A stretch of DNA of 64,000 nucleotides, taken from positions 186,001 through 250,000 of the forward strand of contig JAUPSS010000008.1 in the NCBI GenBank assembly GCA_040285825.1, given 5' to 3'. The stretch comes from Eukaryota sp. TZLM1-RC. Lineage: Eukaryota; Protista; Metamonada: BaSk clade. The notes under the pieces are model-generated. The model ran no database searches. It saw only the letters and a program-made list of their open reading frames with translations, and was not told where the DNA came from. Position numbers and translations under genes: made by a program. Each line of letters starts with the position of its first letter. Position 1 is the first letter of the stretch. This document shows positions 55,701 through 64,000 of the stretch, piece by piece.

Positions 55701-58700
55701 TACTTCTGGTTCAAAGGTGGATACTGGTGATTTTATTGTTAAAACTTCTGAAAAATTAACATTTTCTAGAGTAGATTTTGAATCATTAGACTTGCTAAAA
55801 ATAGAAACTGGTGACGTTACTTTTTGATTACGAAAACACTTCTGAAAGTATTGACATTACCTCAATCGAACTCAAAGAAGGATCTGTTACCTTTAATAAT
55901 GGTGATTTAAAGGCAAATACCATTACGATCAACTCTGAGTCTGCCGCTAGTGCTTCATTTACTAACACAAAGCTAGGTTCTTTAATTGATTTCTCTTCAA
56001 ATAATGGTAATATTGAATTTAATTATGAGGATGATCTTACCATTTCCGCAAATTTTAATATTGTTGGTTCAGACTTGGATTTAAAGAATCCAGATAGTAC
56101 TTATTCCTTCAATAGTCTTGATTTAAGTTCATCAACCAGAAAAGGTAATGGAAATTTAATTGTTAAAGAATTGAGTTTTTCATGTACAACTTTTACTGGT
56201 AATTCCCAAACTAAATGTACTGAAAGCTGTGATGTGATTAATGGTGAAACTAACATTATAAATGTAAAACATTCCCATGAATTGATTTTTGATGGTAATG
56301 GTAATATGAATTCTGAATCTCTTATTGACTTTGAAATTAATTCAGCTAATTTTATTCTTAATGAACCATATTCATTTACTACCAACTCTAAAATCATTGT
56401 TTCAACCTCATCCGAAACAGATTTTCAAATATTGGGTACACTCAGTATCGAAGAAGAAGGTAGTTTGGCAATTGAGGATTTATTTGATTTAAAAGGAACT
56501 ATCATTGTCAATGGTAAATTAGAATTAGATTCAGATAGTACCATTGATGGAACTTTAAAGGTTTTAGATGGTGGTGAAGCTGTTTTCAAAGGAGATTCTT
56601 ATACATTTAACCAAAATTCCAAGCTTGAAGTTCATCCAAATACCCTAATTTTACAGGAACCTATTGAATTAACAATTGAAGGTACTTATAAAGGAATTGG
56701 TTCCATCACTCACTCACATGGAAAGTTGACGTTTACTTCTGGTTCAAAGGTGGATACTGGTGATTTTATTGTTAAAACTTCTGAAAATTAACATTTTCTA
56801 GAGTAGATTTTTGAATCATTAGACTTGCTAAAAATAGAAACTGGTGACGTTACTTTTGATTACGAAAACACTTCTGAAAGTATTGACATTACCTCAATCG
56901 AACTCAAAGAAGGATCTGTTACCTTTAATAATGGTGATTTAAAGGCAAATACCATTACGATCAACTCTGAGTCTGCCGCTAGTGCTTCATTTACTAACAC
57001 AAAGCTAGGTTCTTTAATTGATTTCTCTTCAAATAATGGTAATATTGAATTTAATTATGAGGATGATCTTACCATTTCCGCAAATTTTAATATTGTTGGT
57101 TCAGACTTGGATTTAAAGAATCCAGATAGTACTTATTCCTTCAATAGTCTTGATTTAAGTTCATCAACCAGAAAAGGTAATGGAAATTTAATTGTTAAAG
57201 AATTGAGTTTTTCATGTACAACTTTTACTGGTAATTCCCAAACTAAATGTACTGAAAGCTGTGATGTGATTAATGGTGAAACTAACATTATAAATGTAAA
57301 ACATTCCCATGAATTGATTTTTGATGGTAATGGTAATATGAATTCTGAATCTCTTATTGACTTTGAAATTAATTCAGCTAATTTTATTCTTAATGAACCA
57401 TATTCATTTACTACCAACTCTAAAATCATTGTTTCAACCTCATCCGAAACAGATTTTCAAATATTGGGTACACTCAGTATCGAAGAAGAAGGTAGTTTGG
57501 CAATTGAGGATTTATTTGATTTAAAAGGAACTATCATTGTCAATGGTAAATTAGAATTAGATTCAGATAGTACCATTGATGGAACTTTAAAGGTTTTAGA
57601 TGGTGGTGAAGCTGTTTTCAAAGGAGATTCTTATACATTTAACCAAAATTCCAAGCTTGAAGTTCATCCAAATACCCTAATTTTACAGGAACCTATTGAA
57701 TTAACAATTGAAGGTACTTATAAAGGAATTGGTTCCATCACTCACTCACATGGAAAGTTGACGTTTACTTCTGGTTCAAAGGTGGATACTGGTGATTTTA
57801 TTGTTAAAACTTCTGAAAAATTAACATTTTCTAGAGTAGATTTTGAATCATTAGACTTGCTAAAAATAGAAACTGGTGACGTTACTTTTGATTACGAAAA
57901 CACTTCTGAAAGTATTGACATTACCTCAATCGAACTCAAAGAAGGATCTGTTACCTTTAATAATGGTGATTTAAAGGCAAATACCATTACGATCAACTCT
58001 GAGTCTGCCGCTAGTGCTTCATTTACTAACACAAAGCTAGGTTCTTTAATTGATTTCTCTTCAAATAATGGTAATATTGAATTTAATTATGAGGATGATC
58101 TTACCATTTCCGCAAATTTTAATATTGTTGGTTCAGACTTGGATTTAAAGAATCCAGATAGTACTTATTCCTTCAATAGTCTTGATTTAAGTTCATCAAC
58201 CAGAAAAGGTAATGGAAATTTAATTGTTAAAGAATTGAGTTTTTCATGTACAACTTTTACTGGTAATTCCCAAACTAAATGTACTGAAAGCTGTGATGTG
58301 ATTAATGGTGAAACTAACATTATAAATGTAAAAGATTCCCATGAATTGATTTTTGATGGTAATGGTAATATGAATTCTGAATCTCTTATTGACTTTGAAA
58401 TTAATTCAGCTAATTTTATTCTCAACGAACCATATTCATTTACTACCAACTCTAAAATCATTGTGTCAACCTCATCCGAAACAGATTTTCAAATATTGGG
58501 TACACTCAGTATCGAAGAAGAAGGTAGTTTGGCAATTGAGGATTTATTTGATTTAAAAGGAACTATCATTGTCAATGGTAAATTAGAATTAGATTCAGAT
58601 AGTACCATTGATGGTACTATAAAGGTTTCAGATGGTGGTGAAGCTGTTTTCAAAGGAGATTCTTATACATTTAACGAAAATTCCAAGCTTGAAGTTCATC

Positions 58701-61700
58701 CAAATACCCTAATTTTACAGGAACCTATTGAATTAACAATTGAAGGTACTTATAAAGGAATTGGTTCCATCACTCACTCACAGGGACAGTTGACGTTTAC
58801 TCCTAGTTCAAAGGTGGATACTGGTGATTTTATTGTTAAAACCTCTGAAAAATTAACATTTTCTAGAGTAGATTTTGAATCATTAGACTTACTAAAAATA
58901 GAAACTGGTGACGTTACTTTTGATTACGAAAACACTTCTGAAAGTATTGACATTACCTCAATCGAACTCAAAGAAGGATCTGTTACCTTTAATAATGGTG
59001 ATTTAAAGGCAAATAGCTTTACTATCAACTCTGAGTCTGCCGCTAGTGCTTCATTTACTAACACAAAGCTAGGTTCTTTAAGTGATTTCACTTCAAATAA
59101 TGGTAATATTGAATTTAATTATGAGGATGATCTTACCATTTCCGCAAATTTTAATATTGTTGGTTCAGACTTGGATTTAAAGAATCCAGATAGTACTTAT
59201 TCCTTCAATAGTCTTGATTTAAGTTCATCAACCAGAAAAGGTAATGGAAATTTAATTGTTAAAGAATTGAGTTTTTCATGTACAACTTTTACTGGTAATT
59301 CCCAAACTAAATGTACTGAAAGCTGTGATGTGATTAATTGTGAAACTAACATTATAAATGTAAAAGATTCCCATGAATTGATTTTTGATGGTAATGGTAA
59401 TATGAATTCTGAATCTCTTATTGACTTTGAAATTAATTCAGCTAATTTTATTCTCAACGAACCATATTCATTTACTACCAACTCTAAAATCATTGTTTCA
59501 ACCTCATCCGAAACAGATTTTCAAATATTGGGTACACTCAGTATCGAAGAAGAAGGTAGTTTGGCAATTGAGGATTTATTTGATTTAAAAGGAACTTTCA
59601 TTGTCAATGGTAAATTAGAATTAGATTCAGATAGTACCATTGATGGTACTATAAAGGTTTCAGATGGTGGTGAAGCTGTTTTCAAAGGAGATTCTTATAC
59701 ATTTAACGAAAATTCCAAGCTTGAAGTTCATCCAAATACCCTAATTTTACAGGAACCTATTGAATTAACAATTGAAGGTACTTATAAAGGAATTGGTTCC
59801 ATCACTCACTCACAGGGACATTTGACGTTTACTCCTGGTTCAAAGGTGGATACTGGTGATTTTATTGTTAAAACCTCTGAAAAATTAACATTTTCTAGAG
59901 TAGATTTTGAATCATTAGACTTACTAAAAATAGAAACTGGTGACGTTACTTTTGATTACGAAAACACTTCTGAAAGTATTAACATTACCTCAATCGAACT
60001 CAAAGAAGGATCTGTTACCTTTAATAATGGTGATTTAAAGGCAAATAGCTTTACTATCAACTCTGAGTCTGCCGCTAGTGCTTCATTTACTAACACAAAG
60101 CTAGGTTCTTTAAGTGATTTCACTTCAAATAATGGTAATATTGAATTTAATTATGAGGATGATCTTACCATTTCCGCAAATTTTAATATTGTTGGTTCAG
60201 ACTTGGATTTAAAGAATCCAGATAGTACTTATTCCTTCAATAGTCTTGATTTAAGTTCATCAACCAGAAAAGGTAATGGAAATTTAATTGTCAACGACTT
60301 AAGTTTTTCAGGTACCACTTTTACTGGTAATTCCCAAACTAAATGTACTGAAAGCTGTGATGTGATTAATGGTGAAACTAACATTATAAATGTAAAAGAT
60401 TCCCATGAATTGATTTTTGATAGTAATGGTAATATGAATTCTGAATCTCTTATTGACTTTGAAATTAATTCAGCTAATTTTATTCTCAACGAACCATATT
60501 CATTTACTACCAACTCTAAAATCATTGTTTCAACCTCATCCGAAACAGATTTTCAAATATTGGGTACACTCAGTATCGAAGAAGAAGGTAGTTTGGCAAT
60601 TGAGGATTTATTTGATTTAAAAGGAACTATCATTGTCAATGGTAAATTAGAATTAGACTCGAGTAACACCATTGATGGAACTTTAAAGGTTTTAGATGGT
60701 GGTGAAGCTATTTTCAAAGGAGATTCTTATACATTTAACGAAAATTCCAAGCTTGAAGTTCATCCAAATACTCTAATTTTACAGGAACCTATTGAATTAA
60801 CAATTGAAGGTACTTATAAAGGAATTGGTTCCATCACTCACTCACATGGAAAGTTGACGTTTACTTCTGGTTCAAAGGTGGATACTGGTGATTTTATTGT
60901 TAAAACTTCTGAAAAATTAACATTTTCTAGAGTAGATTTTGAATCATTAGACTTGCTAAAAATAGAAACTGGTCACGTTACTTTTGATTACGAAAACACT
61001 TCTGAAAGTATTAACATTACCTCAATCGAACTCAAAGAAGGATCTGTTACCTTTAATAATGGTGATTTAAAGGCAAATACCATTACTATCAACTCTGAGT
61101 CTGCCGCTAGTGCTTCATTTACTAACACAAAGCTAGGTTCTTTAAGTGATTTCACTTCAAATAATGGGAATATTGAATTTAATTATGAGGATGATCTTAC
61201 CATTTCCGCAAGTTTTAATATTGTTGACTCAGACTTGGATTTAAAGAATCCAGATAGTACTTATTCCTTCAATAGTCTTCATTTAAGTTCATCAACCAGA
61301 AAAGGTAATGGAAATTTAATTGTCAACGACTTAAGTTTTTCAGGTACCACTTTTACTGGTAATTCCCAAACTGAATGTACTGAAAGCTGTGATGTGATTA
61401 ATGGTGAAACTAACATTATAAATGTAAAAGATTCCCATGAATTGATTTTTGATGCTAATGGAAACATAGATTCTGAATCTCTTATTGACTTTGAAATTAA
61501 TTCAGCTAATTTTATTCTCAACGAACCATATTCATTTACTACCAACTCTAAAATCATTGTTTCAACCTCATCCGAAACAGATTTTCAAGTATTGGGTACA
61601 CTCAGTATCGAAGAAGAAGGTAGTTTGGCAATTGAGGATTTATTTGATTTAAAAGGAACTATCATTGCCAATGGTAAATTAGAATTAGACTATAGTAACA

Positions 61701-64000
61701 CCATTGATGGAACTTTAAAGGTTTTAGATGGTGGTGAAGCTGTTTTCAAAGGAGATTCTTATACATTTAACCAAAATTCCAAGCTTGAAGTTCATCCAAA
61801 TACTCTAATTTTACAGGAACCTATTGAATTAACAATTGAAGGTACTTATAAAGGAATTGGTTCCATCACTCACTCACATGGAAAGTTGACGTTTACTTCT
61901 GGTTCAAAGGTGGATACTGGTGATTTTATTGTTAAAACCTCTGAAAAATTAACATTTTCTAGAGTAGATTTTGAATCATTAGACTTGCTAAAAATAGAAA
62001 CTGGTGACGTTACTTTTGATTACGAAAACACTTCTGAAAGTATTGACATTACCTCAATCGAACTCAAAGAAGGATCTGTTACCTTTAATAATGGTGATTT
62101 AAAGGCAAATACCATTACTATCAACTCTGAGTCTGCCGCTAGTGCTTCATTTACTAACACAAAGCTAGGTTCTTTAAGTGATTTCACTTCAAATAATGGG
62201 AATATTGAATTTAATTATGAGGATGATCTTACCATTTCCGCAAGTTTTAATATTGTTGACTCAGACTTGGATTTAAAGAATCCAGATAGTACTTATTCCT
62301 TCAATAGTCTTCATTTAAGTTCATCAACCAGAAAAGGTAATGGAAATTTAATTGTCAACGACTTAAGTTTTTCAGGTACCACTTTTACTGGTAATTCCCA
62401 AACTGAATGTACTGAAAGCTGTGATGTGATTAATGGTGAAACTAACATTATAAATGTAAAAGATTCCCATGAATTGATTTTTGATGCTAATGGAAACATA
62501 GATTCTGAATCTCTTATTGACTTTGAAATTAATTCAGCTAATTTTATTCTCAACGAACCATATTCATTTACTACCAACTCTAAAATCATTGTTTCAACCT
62601 CATCCGAAACAGATTTTCAAGTATTGGGTACACTCAGTATCGAAGAAGAAGGTAGTTTGGCAATTGAGGATTTATTTGATTTAAAAGGAACTATCATTGT
62701 CAATGGTAAATTAGAATTAGATTCAGATAGTACCATTGATGGAACTTTAAAGGTTGCAGATGGTGGTGAAGCTGTTTTCAAAGGAGATTCTTATGCATTT
62801 AACGAAAATTCCAAGCTTGAAGTTCATCCAAATACCCTAATTTTACAGGAACCTATTGAATTAACAATTGAAGGTACTTATAAAGGAATTGGTTCCATCA
62901 CTCACTCACATGGAAAGTTGACGTTTACTCCTGGTTCAAAGGTGGATACTGGTGATTTTATTGTTAAAACCTCTGAAAAATTAACATTTTCTAGAGTAGA
63001 TTTTGAATCATTAGACTTGCTAAAAATAGAAACTGGTGACGTTACTTTTGATTACGAAAACACTTCTGAAAGTATTGACATTACCTCAATCGAACTCAAA
63101 GAAGGATCTGTTACCTTTAATAATGGTGATTTAAAGGCAAATACCATTACGATCAACTCTGAGTCTGCCGCTAGTGCTTCATTTACTAACACAAAGCTAG
63201 GTTCTTTAAGTGATTTCACTTCAAATAATGGGAATATTGAATTTAATTATGAGGATGATCTTACCATTTCCGCAAATTTTAATATTGTTGATTCAGACTT
63301 GGATTTAAAGAATCCAGATAGTACTTATTCCTTCAATAGCCTTGATTTAAGTTCATCAACCAGAAAAGGTAATGGAAATTTAATTGTCAACGACTTAAGT
63401 TTTTCAGGTACCACTTTTACTGGTAATTCCCAAACTAAATGTACTGAAAGCTGTGATGTGATTAATGGTGAAACTAACATTATAAATGTAAAACATTCCC
63501 ATGAATTGATTTTTGATGGTAATGGTAATATGAATTCTGAATCTCTTATTGACTTTGAAATTAATTCAGCTAATTTTATTCTCAACGAACCATATTCATT
63601 TACTACCAACTCTAAAATCATTGTTTCAACCTCATCCGAAACAGATTTTCAAATATTGGGTACACTCAATATCGAAGAAGAAGGTAGTTTGGCAATTGAG
63701 GATTTATTTGATTTAAAAGGAACTATCATTGTCAATGGTAAATTAGAATTAGACTCGAGTAACACCATTGATGGAACTTTAAAGGTTTTAGATGGTGGTG
63801 AAGCTATTTTCAAAGGAGATTCTTATACATTTAACGAAAATTCCAAGCTTGAAGTTCATCCAAATACTCTAATTTTACAGGAACCTATTGAATTAACAAT
63901 TAAAGGTACTTATAAAGGAATTGGTTCCATCACTCACTCACATGGAAAGTTGACATTTACTTCTGGTTCAAAGGTAGATACTGGTGATTTTATTGTTGAA
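52756..64000 (+). CDS. Giant secreted/surface protein: signal peptide, beta-rich region, LamG-like domain, long tandem repeats (3' end outside window)
   Basis: Signal-like MSALLQTLFLILVTSLA; LamG-like LLVYFNF...FRDYRVYSKALSSSDV. The frame is broken only by single-base homopolymer indels (~55825, ~56785, ~56810) and then appears open to the window end. Confidence 0.8.
54844..64000 (+). repeat. 1032-bp (344-aa) coding tandem repeat, ~8.9 copies
   Basis: GAAGGATCTGTTACC recurs at ~54844, 55878, 56909, 57941, 58973, 60005, 61037, 62069 and 63101. Confidence 0.97.

Noticed and set aside
55820-56815. Frameshifts in the giant gene as programmed frameshifting or phase variation
   Set aside because: All are single-base homopolymer indels absent from the other repeat units, so they are most likely long-read consensus errors.
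55068-63621. Repeated 92-98 aa minus-strand ORFs
   Set aside because: They are antisense shadows of the 1032-bp coding repeat.

Overview
AT-rich eukaryotic (protist-like) genomic DNA using the standard code (TAA, TAG and TGA all end conserved genes); not prokaryotic. There are eleven host genes: GPAT3/4/9-type acyltransferase, ARPC2, LRRC49-like, EML-like, POLD2, CDC14, ARP5, VPS36, a kinesin, actin, and a giant secreted protein with ~9 tandem 344-aa repeats that runs off the window. Introns are tiny (28-36 nt), and one in CDC14 appears to be GT-AT. The regions upstream of genes are mosaics of mobile DNA. They hold two families of Fanzor (eukaryotic TnpB-like RNA-guided nuclease) remnants with recognisable omegaRNA-like 3' ends, a MULE with TIRs and a 9-bp TSD, several RLE-type (CRE-like) non-LTR retrotransposons nested with clear TSDs, and a 4x 1.57-kb tandem amplification. 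They also hold a TRIM-like LTR element with identical 92-bp LTRs, a decayed Ty3/Gypsy element, a hAT fragment and a family-B DNA polymerase remnant. The most notable pattern is that three Fanzor omegaRNA ends are co-oriented with, and abut, host gene starts (0, 9 and ~60 nt away). One of them supplies the GPAT ATG, so the predicted RNA guides are host gene 5' sequences. All family assignments are from motif recognition by eye; no database searches were run.
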